Source: a virus (lineage: Duplodnaviria; Heunggongvirae; Uroviricota; Caudoviricetes). From it: a stretch of 44,363 bases of DNA. Below, piece after piece: positions 1-13,976 of the stretch (the stretch's first letter is position 1; every line of letters begins with the position of its first letter). The translations under genes and the position numbers were made by a program. A model generated the notes under the pieces. The model saw only the letters and a program-made list of their open reading frames with translations. It was not told the DNA's origin and did not search any database. The stretch covers positions 1 to 44,363 of the IMG/VR virus record IMGVR_UViG_2534681673_000008, one strand, 5' to 3'.

Positions 1-7
1 CATCCAA

Positions 8-40
8 CCGCAGCACGTTCTTGCTTAAGACGTGCTGCGG
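8..40 (-). terminator. Inverted repeat (10-bp stem CCGCAGCACG / CGTGCTGCGG) just downstream of tfa; possible terminator, T-tract cut off by window edge
   Basis: Perfect 10-bp inverted repeat at 8-17 and 31-40 seen in sequence; downstream context is outside the window. Confidence 0.3.
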
Positions 41-54
41 CATAATCCCAATGA

Positions 55-639
55 TTACTCCCTGACAGGGTTCGTAGGCCACTCAATATCAGGTGCAGTT
101 GATGTATCAACACGGTTCAGCAACACCCGATACTTTTTCCAGGCTTCCAGCAACAAGGTTTCTTTCTCCGTTGCAATTTCCAGATCTGCAGCATCCTGAA
201 GCGGCGCAATATGCTCACTGGCTACCTGCATCAAGTTGTTTTTTGTTTCTTCCGCCTCCCGGATCCGGAACAGTTTTTCTGCTTCCGTATCCTTCACCCA
301 GGCTGTGCCGTTCCACTTCTGAAACTCCCCTTCCGGCGATAACCAGGTAACATTTTCCGGTAACGGACCGAGTTCAGAAATAAATAACGCGTTGCCGGAA
401 GCCACGTCATAAACCGTTTTACCCCGATGATCTTCAACGAGATGCCACGATGACTCATCACTGTTGAAAACAGCCACGAAGCCAGCCGGAATATCTGGCG
501 GTGCAATATCGGTACTGTTTGCTGGCAGACCTGTATGAGGCGGAATATATGCATCACCTTCACCAATAAATTCATTAGTTCCGGCCAGCAGATTATAAAT
601 TTTTATGGTCCGTGGTTGTTCACTCATTCTGAATGCCAT
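55..639 (-). CDS. tfa: Tail fiber assembly protein (lambda Tfa-like, 194 aa)
   Basis: ORF length and sequence match remembered lambda Tfa; lies directly downstream of stf with overlapping stop/start. Confidence 0.9.
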   Translation of the reverse strand: MAFRMSEQPRTIKIYNLLAGTNEFIGEGDAYIPPHTGLPANSTDIAPPDIPAGFVAVFNSDESSWHLVEDHRGKTVYDVASGNALFISELGPLPENVTWLSPEGEFQKWNGTAWVKDTEAEKLFRIREAEETKNNLMQVASEHIAPLQDAADLEIATEKETLLLEAWKKYRVLLNRVDTSTAPDIEWPTNPVRE

Positions 640-3600
640 TATGCAAGCCTCACAATATAGTTAAATGCGATGTTTTTGACGGTGTTTTCCGCGTTACCAG
701 CAGCGTTAACGGTGATGGTGTGTCCATGTGAACCAATCGCAACGGAGTGCGTATGAGCACCAATACCGACAGTATGCGCGTGTGCACCTGCAGATGCTGC
801 TGTGCCGGACAGTGAGTGGCTATGATTACCATCTGTACTGGTATTAGCTAACCACCCCGTAGACATACCTACTGAGCCTTGTACACCCCAGGTATTTTGA
901 CCTGAGCTTGTATAACCATATTGATAAGTATCTTTAAAAACACTGGGGTTAAATCGACGGCCATCTCTATGGCTGTGATTACCAGCTGCATTCGTGCTGC
1001 CACTTAAACTATGGGTATGCGCACCAGTGTTATTCGTGGATTTAGTGCCGTAATCAAACGACGATGTGGTTTTCGTCCCCAAATCCGTACTGGATGCGCT
1101 GGCGCTGTGGGTATGCGATTTAATGCCGTCCTGTTCCTGAGACAATACGGCCCGACCACTGGCAGGTTTGCCCTTAATCGTCCAGCCACGCATATCAGGG
1201 ATCACGCCTGACGGATAAGCGGCTGCAAGTTTCGGGTAAGCAGATTTGTCAAAAGCCTGCCCCTGCATCAGGGCATAACCAGACGGAACGGTATCTGATG
1301 GCCACGGGATTGGTGCGCCGACTGGGTAGCTTTCTGGTGGAAGATTTTTCGAGGTATAAACTTCTGCCCAGTCTTCCTCAAAACCATAACCGTCTCTTGA
1401 AGAACGGTAGAACAGACCACCATTTCTGTAATGCGCCTTCATCTGCAGGGTCCGGCAACTTCCGACTCCGGTATAGAAGTTAACCAGAATATAGCTGTCG
1501 CCAGAGCGGGTGACATTGTAAGCGCCTGATTCGGCATTCCATGGAACGCCACCATCCGCATCGGCATATGTATCCGTTGCCCTTCTGGCAAAAGCAGCCA
1601 CATGCGCGGCGGTTAAAGTAATATCTTTGGAACCATCAAACTCAACACCAGAAACCAGTCTTGGCGTTTGCAGCTTTGTTGCTGTTAATGCATTACCGTT
1701 CAGACTTGCGGACAGTTTGGTTCCAATAACCAGTTCGCCGGTTGCGTTATCAATAGCAAACGGTCTTAATGTATTCCAGCCACCATAAACATCACCTTGA
1801 TTGGTAAGCAGCAGGTAAGTTTTAGCGCCATCATTACGCCATAATGCCCCATACTCCCCACCTATCATTCGAATCTGATTACCACCACGCGCTACAATTT
1901 CGTCTGTGGCAAAAAGTTTTTTGCACGACAAGTTATCGTTAACGATTAACGAATGAGACTCATAAAAACCACGCCCACTCTTAAAATCAAGGATAACGTC
2001 CGCCGCGATACATTCAGTCGCCGGATTTGTTGCCCCAAACTTATAGGTCGTATCATTAACAACGAGATCAGCACCAGGTGCGGATATTGACAGGCCATCT
2101 TCAATAAACGCAAAAACAGGGAAAGCAGCGCCATCAACATAGAACACAGAGCGCAAATCATCGCCCTTATTACTCATCATTATTGAGTGAATGGCTCGTT
2201 CATTGTTTTGATATTGCCAGAACATGCCATAAGCATAACGCCCCCTGTCAGTCCAGCCACCAGGCATAACAAATCCGTTAAACTCGCAGTTATTCATCGG
2301 ATCGCCTGCGGTTCGCGTTGCCGTGGTGATAATGACTCTTGATGCCAGTTCGCTTACTGAGCCAGCAGAACGCATAACAACAACAGGGTAATATTTTCCA
2401 GATGTTGCACCTGCAGGAGCGTTAACCCGCACATAACGCATACCACGCTTATCAGCAAAGTCTGTTTTACTGACCGCGTTAATGTTGTTCAGGAAGCATC
2501 CCTTATCGGGTATATCAGCGCCGTTCTGGTCTTTCTGCAGACGTTTCTCTGCATTGTCATAGGCTGATTTTACTGCCTTTGGCGTTGCCGCCAGCGTTTC
2601 AGACGTACTGTTGGTCGCACTGCTGAGCTGTACTATCCCCTTTTTCGTCGTACTTGCATCCTCAAGCGCCACGGCGGATGCAATATCCTCTGCCCGTTTA
2701 GCTGCTGTCTCGGCGCGCGTTGCCGCGGATTCCGCCGTACTTTTGCTCTGAGCTGCCGCCGTCGCACTGCCAGCAGCCTCTGTCGCCTTCGTGGATGCCG
2801 TCGTGGCGCTGCTCTTCGCTGCTGACGCTTGTCTGGTCGCCTCATCTTTTGAAGCAGACGCCGATGATGCCGATGACGCCGCCGAACTGGCTGACGATGC
2901 GGCAGCCGTTTTTGAGGATTCTGCGCTTGTTTCCGACGCTTTCGCGTTCGTTTCGGATGTCTTCGCTGCGGAAGCAGACCTCGCTGCTGCGCTGGCCTGT
3001 TCAGTGGCTTCGCCAGCCTTCGTTGTGGCTGTTGAAGCAGACGATGCGGCGCTTTCTGCCGATTTTCCGGCGGCGGTGGCACTGGCTGAGGCCTGCCCGG
3101 CACTTGTTGACGCTGCACTGGCAGACGACGCAGCCGCTGTTTTTGAGCCTGCCGCAGCCGAGGCGCTCTGTCCCGCTGCCGTTTCAGAAGACCTGGCGTT
3201 CGTCTCGGACGTTTTTGCCGCCTTCGCGGAATTTCCTGCCGCCGTTGCCGAGGAAGCTGCACTACTGGCGCTTGATGATGCGTTCGTTTCTGATGATTTT
3301 GCCGCTTCTTTTGAGGCCGCCGCATCCCGGGCCGAGGTCGCAGCTTCTGATGCCTTCGTGGTCGCGGTGGATGCAGATGTGGCTGCTGATTGTTGTGACG
3401 CTGAAGCATTCGTTTCTGACGTTTTCGCCGCACCGGCACTGGTGGCCGCCGCGCTTTTTGAGGACTCTGCAGCGGCAGCACTTTTTGATGCTTCAGTGGC
3501 CTTTGTTGATGCCGTTCCTGCGCTGGAAGACGCTGACTGAGCCGACGACGCGGCCTGTCCGGCTGACGTGCTGGCTGCGCGTGCTGAGTCCGCAGCATCA

Positions 3601-4043
3601 GCCGCATGGGTTGCCGCCTCACGGGCTGATGTGCTGGCATCACTGGCTGACTTCTTCGCGGCTGCCGTGTTCTGTGCCACCGCGGACGCGTTACGCGCCA
3701 CCTCTTCCACCATCAGTTCAAAACGGCGCAGTGCCTCCGGACGGGCATCATCCTCCGTCATGGCACCGAGAAAATCATTCAGCGTACCGGGTTGAGAATC
3801 TTCATACACGGTAATGGTCCCGGCATGTGACGGCGGGAATCCTTCCACCAACAGAATAACGCTGTACTGACCGTACTCAACGTCCATGCTGTAACGCCCG
3901 GCTTCATCCGGATTTTCTGAGGCCAGCGTGTTCACCACCACCGTGGTGCTGTTACGTTTTGCTTTCAGCTGGATTGTGCAGTTCTGTACCGGTTTTCCTG
4001 TGCCGTCTTTCAGTACACCTGAAATCTTTACTGCCATATTCAC
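639..4043 (-). CDS. stf: Side tail fiber protein (lambda Stf-like, 1134 aa) with expanded Ala/Ser-rich repeats and C-terminal HxH motifs
   Basis: N-terminus [26 protein letters not shown] matches lambda Stf; C-terminal His-x-His repeats as in T4 gp37-type fiber tips. Confidence 0.9.
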   Translation of the reverse strand: MNMAVKISGVLKDGTGKPVQNCTIQLKAKRNSTTVVVNTLASENPDEAGRYSMDVEYGQYSVILLVEGFPPSHAGTITVYEDSQPGTLNDFLGAMTEDDARPEALRRFELMVEEVARNASAVAQNTAAAKKSASDASTSAREAATHAADAADSARAASTSAGQAASSAQSASSSAGTASTKATEASKSAAAAESSKSAAATSAGAAKTSETNASASQQSAATSASTATTKASEAATSARDAAASKEAAKSSETNASSSASSAASSATAAGNSAKAAKTSETNARSSETAAGQSASAAAGSKTAAASSASAASTSAGQASASATAAGKSAESAASSASTATTKAGEATEQASAAARSASAAKTSETNAKASETSAESSKTAAASSASSAASSASSASASKDEATRQASAAKSSATTASTKATEAAGSATAAAQSKSTAESAATRAETAAKRAEDIASAVALEDASTTKKGIVQLSSATNSTSETLAATPKAVKSAYDNAEKRLQKDQNGADIPDKGCFLNNINAVSKTDFADKRGMRYVRVNAPAGATSGKYYPVVVMRSAGSVSELASRVIITTATRTAGDPMNNCEFNGFVMPGGWTDRGRYAYGMFWQYQNNERAIHSIMMSNKGDDLRSVFYVDGAAFPVFAFIEDGLSISAPGADLVVNDTTYKFGATNPATECIAADVILDFKSGRGFYESHSLIVNDNLSCKKLFATDEIVARGGNQIRMIGGEYGALWRNDGAKTYLLLTNQGDVYGGWNTLRPFAIDNATGELVIGTKLSASLNGNALTATKLQTPRLVSGVEFDGSKDITLTAAHVAAFARRATDTYADADGGVPWNAESGAYNVTRSGDSYILVNFYTGVGSCRTLQMKAHYRNGGLFYRSSRDGYGFEEDWAEVYTSKNLPPESYPVGAPIPWPSDTVPSGYALMQGQAFDKSAYPKLAAAYPSGVIPDMRGWTIKGKPASGRAVLSQEQDGIKSHTHSASASSTDLGTKTTSSFDYGTKSTNNTGAHTHSLSGSTNAAGNHSHRDGRRFNPSVFKDTYQYGYTSSGQNTWGVQGSVGMSTGWLANTSTDGNHSHSLSGTAASAGAHAHTVGIGAHTHSVAIGSHGHTITVNAAGNAENTVKNIAFNYIVRLA
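2650..3700 (-). repeat. In-frame low-complexity tandem repeat region inside stf (repeated AAKTSETNA / SSASSA units)
   Basis: Repeated Ala/Ser/Thr-rich peptide units in the stf translation; generates long spurious ORFs in other frames. Confidence 0.6.
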
Positions 4044-4044
4044 C

Positions 4045-4076
4045 CCACAAAAAAGCCCGCCTGAACCGGCGGGCTG
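4045..4076 (-). terminator. Rho-independent terminator between lom and stf
   Basis: GC hairpin AGCCCGCC-loop-GGCGGGCT followed on the minus strand by TTTTTTGTG. Confidence 0.5.
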
Positions 4077-4101
4077 TCATAACACTGTGTTACCTGGCTA
4101 A

Positions 4102-4701
4102 TCAGAACTTATAACCGACACCCACGATGAAACCGTCAGTGCGCCAGTCGCCACTGCCGGAGCCTTCATAAGCAATATCAATGGCCACGGATTCGGTCGG
4201 GTTAAACTGCACGCCAGCTCCCCACGCCAGAGACGTGTTGCTGTGGCGACCGTCATCACTTCCGGTCAGTACATCGTGCGTTTTCCCCTTGTTGTCAGTT
4301 ACGCGAAGATAATCCCCGGAGAAAGTCGACACACGGCTGTAAGCCACACCCGCCATCGCATACGCGCTGAACCATTCATTCACGCGCACAGACGGCCCCG
4401 CCATCACGCTGAACCAGCGGTTACGCACGGAATCTTCATGCCAGCGGGTATCGCTGTAATGGGTCAGCTGGCGATTCTTGTCTCCTGCATAGCTGAATGA
4501 CGTCACCATCCCCAGTGTGTCCGTAAACTCATAACGGTATTTCACGTTAATCCCGTTCAGATCATCGCTGCCGGGAACGTTCGTCGAGGCATGAAGATAC
4601 CCCGCGCTCAGCGTGGACTGATGTTCAGACGCCCATGCAGGCGCACCGGATACGGCCAGACAAATGGCTGCGGACAAAATGGCGGCATAAAGTTTACGCA
4701 T
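4102..4701 (-). CDS. lom: Outer membrane protein Lom (Ail/Lom family beta-barrel, 199 aa)
   Basis: Signal peptide MRKLYAAILSAAICLAVSGAPAWA and terminal aromatic residue; position between J and stf as in lambda. Confidence 0.9.
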   Translation of the reverse strand: MRKLYAAILSAAICLAVSGAPAWASEHQSTLSAGYLHASTNVPGSDDLNGINVKYRYEFTDTLGMVTSFSYAGDKNRQLTHYSDTRWHEDSVRNRWFSVMAGPSVRVNEWFSAYAMAGVAYSRVSTFSGDYLRVTDNKGKTHDVLTGSDDGRHSNTSLAWGAGVQFNPTESVAIDIAYEGSGSGDWRTDGFIVGVGYKF

Positions 4702-4723
4702 AATTACCTCTCGCTTTTCTGCA

Positions 4724-4749
4724 ATAAAAAAGGCGTCATTTCTGACGCC
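4724..4749 (-). terminator. Rho-independent terminator downstream of J
   Basis: Hairpin GGCGTCA-TTTC-TGACGCC followed on the minus strand by TTTTTTAT. Confidence 0.5.
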
Positions 4750-4767
4750 CGTTATGGGTTATAAAAT

Positions 4768-8169
<3,402 letters not shown>

Positions 8170-8226
8170 TCATGCTCCATAAACGATAAAACCGCCCGGA
8201 GGCGGTTTCACATAAAACATTTTGCA

Positions 8227-8898
8227 TCAGCGACCAATCACCACAACCTGACCACCGTCCCCTTCGTCTGCCGTGCTGATCTCCTGAGAAACCACCCGCG
8301 ACCCCACGCGCATTTCACCGTACAGAACCGGCAGAACATTGCCCTGGGCAACCATGTTATCCAGTGAGGAGAAATAGGTGTTCTGTTTGCCGTTATCCGT
8401 TGTCTGTGTACGGGGAGTTCTGGCTTTCGGTGCCAGCATCTGCGCCACACCACCGAGCACCATACTGGCACCGAGAGAAAACAGGATGCCGGTCATACCA
8501 CCGGCCCCAATGGCTGCCCCCCATGCTGCAAGGGTGGCTCCGGCGGTAAAGAATGATCCGGCAATGGCGGCAGCCCCCAGGACAATCTGGAATACGCCAC
8601 CTGACTTGGCCCCGGCGACTCTGGGAACAATATGAATCACAGCGCCATCAGGCAGAGTCTCATGTAACTGCGCCGTTAACCCGGACGTGCTGACGTCCCG
8701 CCCGGCAATCCGTACCTGATACCAGCCGTCGCTCAGTTTCTGACGAAACACCGGGAGCTGTGTGGCCAGTGCGCGGATGGCTTCAGCCCCCGTTTTCACA
8801 CGAAGGTCGATGCGGCGGCCAAATCGTTGCAAATCCCCGTAAAGGCAGATGCGCGCCATGCCCGGTGACGCCAGAGGGAGTGTGTGCGTCGCTGCCAT
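8227..8898 (-). CDS. I: Tail assembly protein I (223 aa)
   Basis: Length identical to lambda I; overlaps the 3-prime end of K as in lambda. Confidence 0.9.
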   Translation of the reverse strand: MAATHTLPLASPGMARICLYGDLQRFGRRIDLRVKTGAEAIRALATQLPVFRQKLSDGWYQVRIAGRDVSTSGLTAQLHETLPDGAVIHIVPRVAGAKSGGVFQIVLGAAAIAGSFFTAGATLAAWGAAIGAGGMTGILFSLGASMVLGGVAQMLAPKARTPRTQTTDNGKQNTYFSSLDNMVAQGNVLPVLYGEMRVGSRVVSQEISTADEGDGGQVVVIGR

Positions 8899-9539
8899 TT
8901 GTCGGTATACCTCTCTCGTTTGCTCAGTTGTTCAGGAATATGGTGCAGCAGCTCGCCATCACCACAGTAAATGGCGGCATGATTCGGCACCGATGAACCA
9001 AAACAGCACAGCAGCACATCGCCCGGTTGTGCTGATGACAACGGCACCTGATACAGCCCTGTGGCCTCCAGATTATCCAGATAGAGATTCTGACCGTGAC
9101 GCCACCAGTCATCCCCGCGATGAAAATCCGGCATCTCAATCCCCGCCAGATGATAAGCATCCCGGAACAGCGTGTAACAGTCCGTCACCCCGTGCTCAAA
9201 GCGCCGCCCGGTGAGATGCGGCACACAGCGGAACTTATGAATCGTCCCCCGGCAGACCAGCCACCACGGCAAATCACTCTGCACCTGCAGCCGCCGGTCG
9301 GCCTCACTCAGCCAGGGCAGACCACCGGGGTGGCTGTGGACCAGTGCCACAATCTCACCCTGCATTTCTGCCTGCAGCCAGTCCTCCGGCGACATACGGA
9401 AATACGCCTCCGGCTCACCGGAGATATTCACGCAGGGGAAATATCTTTCCCCCTCCGGCGTGCTTACCACGAAGCCGCACGACTCCGCTGGCGCACATCG
9501 CCGGGCGTGCGCCAGAATCGCTGATTCTGTCTGTGTCAT
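8796..9539 (-). CDS. K: Tail tip assembly protein K (MPN/JAMM plus NlpC/P60-like); full ORF 247 aa, classical lambda start corresponds to internal Met at 9395
   Basis: HSHP JAMM-type motif in translation; lambda K homolog; ATG at 9537-9539 five nt after L stop, alternative ATG at 9393-9395. Confidence 0.85.
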   Translation of the reverse strand: MTQTESAILAHARRCAPAESCGFVVSTPEGERYFPCVNISGEPEAYFRMSPEDWLQAEMQGEIVALVHSHPGGLPWLSEADRRLQVQSDLPWWLVCRGTIHKFRCVPHLTGRRFEHGVTDCYTLFRDAYHLAGIEMPDFHRGDDWWRHGQNLYLDNLEATGLYQVPLSSAQPGDVLLCCFGSSVPNHAAIYCGDGELLHHIPEQLSKRERYTDKWQRRTHSLWRHRAWRASAFTGICNDLAAASTFV

Positions 9540-9544
9540 GGGAT

Positions 9545-10243
9545 TTACTGCGAAAGTTTGTTAATGGAAAGGAAGCCGCCAAAGTTGCCGACGTTATTGC
9601 GAAACTTACAGCCACTCAGGCATTTGCTGCATTTATCCTTCGTGATATCGGACGTTGGCTGGTCATATTCATCCGCGACCGCCGGACCGTGATAACCGCA
9701 CTCATCGCCGCGATAGGTCCAGGTGCAGGTGTTGGCCAGCATGATACGTCCCGGAAAAACAGCGCCGTCCGTTTCCGTCGGCGTGGACAGTACAAAAGAG
9801 GCACTCACCGCGCTCAGTTCGCTGCACTGCTCAATGCGCCAGCGGCTGATCACCTCCTGCTCCGGATCGGCGTCACTGTTTCCGTTGACGAAGTTCACCG
9901 CATCCAGAAAACGGGCGTAAACCTTACGCCGGACCACCGTTCCGCCGACCAGACTCTGCAGATCTTCCGCCATCCCGGTGACCATACCGTACAGGTTAGA
10001 AACCGTCAGCGTGGGGCGCGTACTGGTGCCTTTGCCATTCAGTTCAAAACCACTCCCCTGAATGGGATACGGCTGATACTGTCGCCCCTGCCAGGTGACC
10101 GGCTCACCTTTTTCGTTCTGCTCATTACAGAAAAAATAACGTTCTCCACCGACCTCTGTCAGGTCGATTTCCCAGAGCACCACGCTGGCCGACTGCTCCG
10201 CACGGGTGCATTCATTCAGTGTTTCCTGCCGGATATCCTGCAT
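9545..10243 (-). CDS. L: Tail tip protein L (232 aa)
   Basis: Length and position identical to lambda L; start overlaps M stop. Confidence 0.9.
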   Translation of the reverse strand: MQDIRQETLNECTRAEQSASVVLWEIDLTEVGGERYFFCNEQNEKGEPVTWQGRQYQPYPIQGSGFELNGKGTSTRPTLTVSNLYGMVTGMAEDLQSLVGGTVVRRKVYARFLDAVNFVNGNSDADPEQEVISRWRIEQCSELSAVSASFVLSTPTETDGAVFPGRIMLANTCTWTYRGDECGYHGPAVADEYDQPTSDITKDKCSKCLSGCKFRNNVGNFGGFLSINKLSQ

Positions 10244-10572
10244 CAGTTCACCACCTGTTCAAACTCTGCGCTGAACTCAACACGCAGCATACTGACCCGC
10301 GACGACCATTTTGCGCAGGTCACCTTTATCTGCCGCCACTCATAAGGCGGCGTCCACAGAAAGGATTTCCAGCCCCCGTGCTCTTCCAGAAACGACTCCA
10401 GTACCGTGGCCTCCTCACGGGGGACAGAAAGCGTCACGCTGTACGTTTTCAGGTTGGCATTCAGCCCGGCAGGCGCTCGCTGAGAATAGCCATCACCAAA
10501 GCGCACCTTTCTTACAGAAGGGACCGAAGCCACATCCATACCGGGTTTCACTTTCCAGCGGAAGGTCTTCAT
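10243..10572 (-). CDS. M: Tail tip protein M (109 aa)
   Basis: Length and position identical to lambda M. Confidence 0.9.
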   Translation of the reverse strand: MKTFRWKVKPGMDVASVPSVRKVRFGDGYSQRAPAGLNANLKTYSVTLSVPREEATVLESFLEEHGGWKSFLWTPPYEWRQIKVTCAKWSSRVSMLRVEFSAEFEQVVN

Positions 10573-13130
10573 CGTCCACCTCCGGAGAACAGGCCACCAT
10601 CACGCATCTGTGTCTGAATTTCATCACGGGCACCCTTGCGGGCCATGTCATACACCGCCTTCAGAGCAGCCGGACCTATCTGCCCGTTCGTGCCGTCGTT
10701 GTTAATCACCACATGGTTATTCTGCTCAAACGTCCCGGACGCCTGCGACCGGCTGTCTGCCATGCTGCCCGGTGTACCGACATAACCGCCGGTGGCATAG
10801 CCGCGCATCAGCCGGTAAAGATTCCCCACGCCAATCCGGCTGGTTGCCTCCTTCGTGAAGACAAATTCACCACGGTGAACAATCCCCGCTGGCTCATATT
10901 TGCCGCCGGTTCCCGTAAATCCTCCGGTTGCAAAATGGAATTTCGCCGCAGCGGCCTGAATGGCTGTACCGCCTGACGCGGATGCGCCGCCACCAACAGC
11001 CCCGCCAATGGCGCTGCCGATACTCCCGACAATCCCCACCATTGCCTGCTTAAGCAGAATTTCTGTCATCATGGACAGCACGGAACGGGTGAAGCTGCGC
11101 CAGTTCTGCTCACTGCCGGTCAGCATCGCCGCCATATTCTGTGCAATACCATCAAAGGTCTGCGTGGCTGCACTTTTTACCTGCGACATACTGTCCGTGG
11201 CGCTCTCTTCCCACTCACTCCAGCCGGACTTCAGGCCTGCCATCCAGCTCCCGCGAAGCTGGTCTTCAGCCGCCCAGGTCTTTTTCTGCTCTGACATGAC
11301 GTTATTCAGCGCCAGCGGATTATCGCCATACTGTTCCTTCAGGCGCTGTTCCGTGGCTTCCCGTTCTGCCTGCCGGTCAGTCAGCCCCCGGCTTTTCGCA
11401 TCAATGGCGGCCCGTTTTGCCCGTTGCTGCTGTGCGAATTTATCCGCCTGCTGCGCCAGCGCGTTCAGGCGCTCCTGATACGTAACCTTGTCGCCAAGTG
11501 CAGCCAGCTGGCGTTTGTACTCCAGCGTCTCATCTTTATGCGCCAGCAGGGATTTCTCCTGTGCAGACAGCTGGCGACGTTGCGCCGCCTCCTCCAGTAC
11601 CGCGAACTGACTCTCCGCCTTCCACAAATCCCGGCGCTGCTGGCTGATTTTCTCATTTGCTCCGGCATGCTTCTCCAGCGTCCGGAGTTCTGCCTGAAGC
11701 GTCAGCAGGGCAGCATGAGCACTGTCTTCCTGACGATCGCCCGCAGACACCTTCACGCCGGACTGTTTCGGCTTTTTCAGCGTCGCTTCATAATCCTTTT
11801 TCGCCGCCGCCATCAGCGTGTTGTAATCCGCCTGCAGGATTTTCCCGTCTTTCAGTGCCTTGTTCAGTTCTTCCTGACGGGCGGTATATTTCTCCAGCGG
11901 CGTCTGCAGCCGTTCGTAAGCCTTCTGCGCCTCTTCGGTATATTTCAGCCGTGACGCTTCGGTATCGCTCTGCTGCTGCGCATTTTTGTCCTGTTGACTC
12001 TGCTGCTCAGCCTTCTTTCGGGCGACTTCAAGCGCAAGACGGGCCTTTTCACGATCATCCCAGTAACGCGCCCGCGCTTCATCGTTAACAAAATAATCAT
12101 CCTTGCGCAGATTCCAGATATCGTCCGCTTTCTTAAACGCGGCCTCTGCCTTAATCAGCATCTCCTGCGCGGTATCAGGACGACCAATATCCAGCACCGC
12201 ATCCCACATGGATTTGAATGCCCGTGCTGTCCTGTCTGCCCAGGTTTCCAGCGTGCCCATGTTCTCTTTCAAGCGTCGGGTCTGGTCATCAAACCCTTTC
12301 GTTGCGGCCTCGTTCGCCGCCTGCAATGCCCCGGCTTCATCGCCGGAACGCTGCAACTGAGCAACATACGCAATCTGCTCCGCCGTCACGTTATGGAACT
12401 GGCGTGCCATCGCCGTCAGCCCCGACGTCGGGTCTGTGGTCAGCTTCCCGAAGGCTTCAGCGACCTTGTCCACCTCCACGCCGGATGCAGAGGAGAAACG
12501 CGCCACACTCTGGCTGATGGACGCAATCTGAGCCTCACCGCTTACCCCCGCCTTAACCAGTGCGCTGAGTGACTCGCTGGTCTGGTTAAACGTCAGCCCT
12601 GCCGCCTGCCCGGCTCTGGACAGGACCAGCATACGATCTGCCGTCAGTCCCGCCTGATTGCCGGAAAGGACCAGCGTTTTGTTGAAATCGGACAGGGTTG
12701 AGTTGCCCTGATACCAGGCATACGCCAGCGCTCCGGTCGCCACCGCCAGCGAGGTAGCCCCCACCATCGGCAGGGTGATCGCACCGGCAAGCCCCCGGAA
12801 CATGGGGATCATCCCGCCGAAGGAGTCCTTCACCTGACCCCCCTGTTGCAGCAGGATCAGCCACGGACTTTGCCCGCCTGCAAGCTGCGTGGCCACGTCA
12901 GTGAACTGCGCAGGCAGCATACGCATGGCGGCTTTATACTGCCCGACGGAAATTCCCGCTTTCTGTGCAGCCAGCGCCTGCCGGTTCATCGACTGTTCAA
13001 CGACTGCCGCTGTTTTTTTCGCATCACTTTCCGTACCGGAAAAATGACGCCTGACTCTGGCCATCTGCTCGTCAAATCTGGCCGCATCCAGACTCAAATC
13101 AACGACCAGATCGCCTACCGGTTCAGCCAT
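10569..13130 (-). CDS. H: Tail tape measure protein H (853 aa)
   Basis: Same length as lambda H; Ala/Gln-rich coiled-coil character; follows G/T. Confidence 0.95.
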   Translation of the reverse strand: MAEPVGDLVVDLSLDAARFDEQMARVRRHFSGTESDAKKTAAVVEQSMNRQALAAQKAGISVGQYKAAMRMLPAQFTDVATQLAGGQSPWLILLQQGGQVKDSFGGMIPMFRGLAGAITLPMVGATSLAVATGALAYAWYQGNSTLSDFNKTLVLSGNQAGLTADRMLVLSRAGQAAGLTFNQTSESLSALVKAGVSGEAQIASISQSVARFSSASGVEVDKVAEAFGKLTTDPTSGLTAMARQFHNVTAEQIAYVAQLQRSGDEAGALQAANEAATKGFDDQTRRLKENMGTLETWADRTARAFKSMWDAVLDIGRPDTAQEMLIKAEAAFKKADDIWNLRKDDYFVNDEARARYWDDREKARLALEVARKKAEQQSQQDKNAQQQSDTEASRLKYTEEAQKAYERLQTPLEKYTARQEELNKALKDGKILQADYNTLMAAAKKDYEATLKKPKQSGVKVSAGDRQEDSAHAALLTLQAELRTLEKHAGANEKISQQRRDLWKAESQFAVLEEAAQRRQLSAQEKSLLAHKDETLEYKRQLAALGDKVTYQERLNALAQQADKFAQQQRAKRAAIDAKSRGLTDRQAEREATEQRLKEQYGDNPLALNNVMSEQKKTWAAEDQLRGSWMAGLKSGWSEWEESATDSMSQVKSAATQTFDGIAQNMAAMLTGSEQNWRSFTRSVLSMMTEILLKQAMVGIVGSIGSAIGGAVGGGASASGGTAIQAAAAKFHFATGGFTGTGGKYEPAGIVHRGEFVFTKEATSRIGVGNLYRLMRGYATGGYVGTPGSMADSRSQASGTFEQNNHVVINNDGTNGQIGPAALKAVYDMARKGARDEIQTQMRDGGLFSGGGR

Positions 13131-13557
13131 ACCGGACTCCTCCTGCGATCCCTTCTGATACTGTCATCAGCATTACGTCATCCTCCGTCATGTCCGCCAC
13201 ATCCGGGGAAGCGGGGATAACTTCATTCCCGTCCGGGCCAAAGCGGACGCCTCCGGCAAGCCCTGCCGCTTTCTGCATCAGCACATCATCTTCAGGCTCT
13301 TCGTCAGCCTCGCGCCGGTTCAGCAGACTGAAATCCAGCGGATGCATATCCGGATCGCTGAAAAACAGGCTGAGTACGGTGTACGTCAGCCCGGAAAAGT
13401 GCATATCCAGCAGAACATCATGAAAATAATGGGTACTGTAAAAGCGGTGCCAGTCGGCATACTCCGTGGATGACATCCCGGCAAGCATGGCGCGCCAGTC
13501 GGGTCGCCCCATCTCACGCGCCAGTTTCAGGGCAAAACTCAGCTCACCGTCGAACAC
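13123..13557 (-). CDS. T: T portion of the G-T tail assembly chaperone (made by -1 frameshift from G)
   Basis: ORF begins at the slippery site in the -1 frame relative to G; 144 aa as in lambda. Confidence 0.8.
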   Translation of the reverse strand: MFDGELSFALKLAREMGRPDWRAMLAGMSSTEYADWHRFYSTHYFHDVLLDMHFSGLTYTVLSLFFSDPDMHPLDFSLLNRREADEEPEDDVLMQKAAGLAGGVRFGPDGNEVIPASPDVADMTEDDVMLMTVSEGIAGGVRYG

Positions 13558-13961
13558 TTTCCCGCAGAAACAGGCTCTGCTGGCCCGGCGTCATCTGCCT
13601 GTTCAGGTGCATCATTCACAACAAACTCAGACATACCGGACAGACGCATTACCACATTTTCAGCCTGAGCAATTGCCTCTGTGGGCCAGGTGGTAAGCAC
13701 TTCCTGCTCAATTTGTTTAACGGCTTCATTCATGGACGGCATCTTTGTCTTCTGCGGATGGCTATGCCACAGGGACATCGCCACCAGAAAAGCACCGGTT
13801 CTGACGAGATCTTCCACGCTCACCTGTCGATTGAGACTGGATCCCGCCTGTTCTGCCTGTCGTTTCAGCAGGGCGAGATGCTCAATTCGCTGCAGGGCTG
13901 ACAGTTCAGAAAGCGTGACGGTCACACCGTTATGTTCAAATGATTCGGTTTTCAGGAACAT
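13539..13961 (-). CDS. G: Tail assembly chaperone G (140 aa)
   Basis: Length and position match lambda G; carries the slippery heptamer near its end. Confidence 0.9.
   Translation of the reverse strand: MFLKTESFEHNGVTVTLSELSALQRIEHLALLKRQAEQAGSSLNRQVSVEDLVRTGAFLVAMSLWHSHPQKTKMPSMNEAVKQIEQEVLTTWPTEAIAQAENVVMRLSGMSEFVVNDAPEQADDAGPAEPVSAGKCSTVS
13557..13563 (-). promoter_or_regulatory. Programmed -1 ribosomal frameshift slippery heptamer GGGAAAG (G to G-T)
   Basis: GGGAAAG on the minus strand at the 3-prime end of G, with the T frame open immediately downstream. Confidence 0.7.
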
Positions 13962-13976
13962 CGCTGACTCCCCGGA

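Noticed and set aside
2650-3700. Possible CRISPR array or non-coding tandem repeat
   Set aside because: Repeats are in-frame coding repeats within stf; no repeat-spacer structure and no cas genes. The only other tandem repeats are the ori iterons.
2633-3814. Three long overlapping ORFs (336, 364 and 249 aa) with Pro/Arg/Gln-rich or Ala/Asp-rich low-complexity translations
   Set aside because: Alternative-frame artifacts of the in-frame stf repeat tract; the stf frame has clear lambda Stf homology.
9344-10345. 333-aa plus-strand ORF
   Set aside because: Antisense to tail genes K and L, which match lambda in length and sequence.
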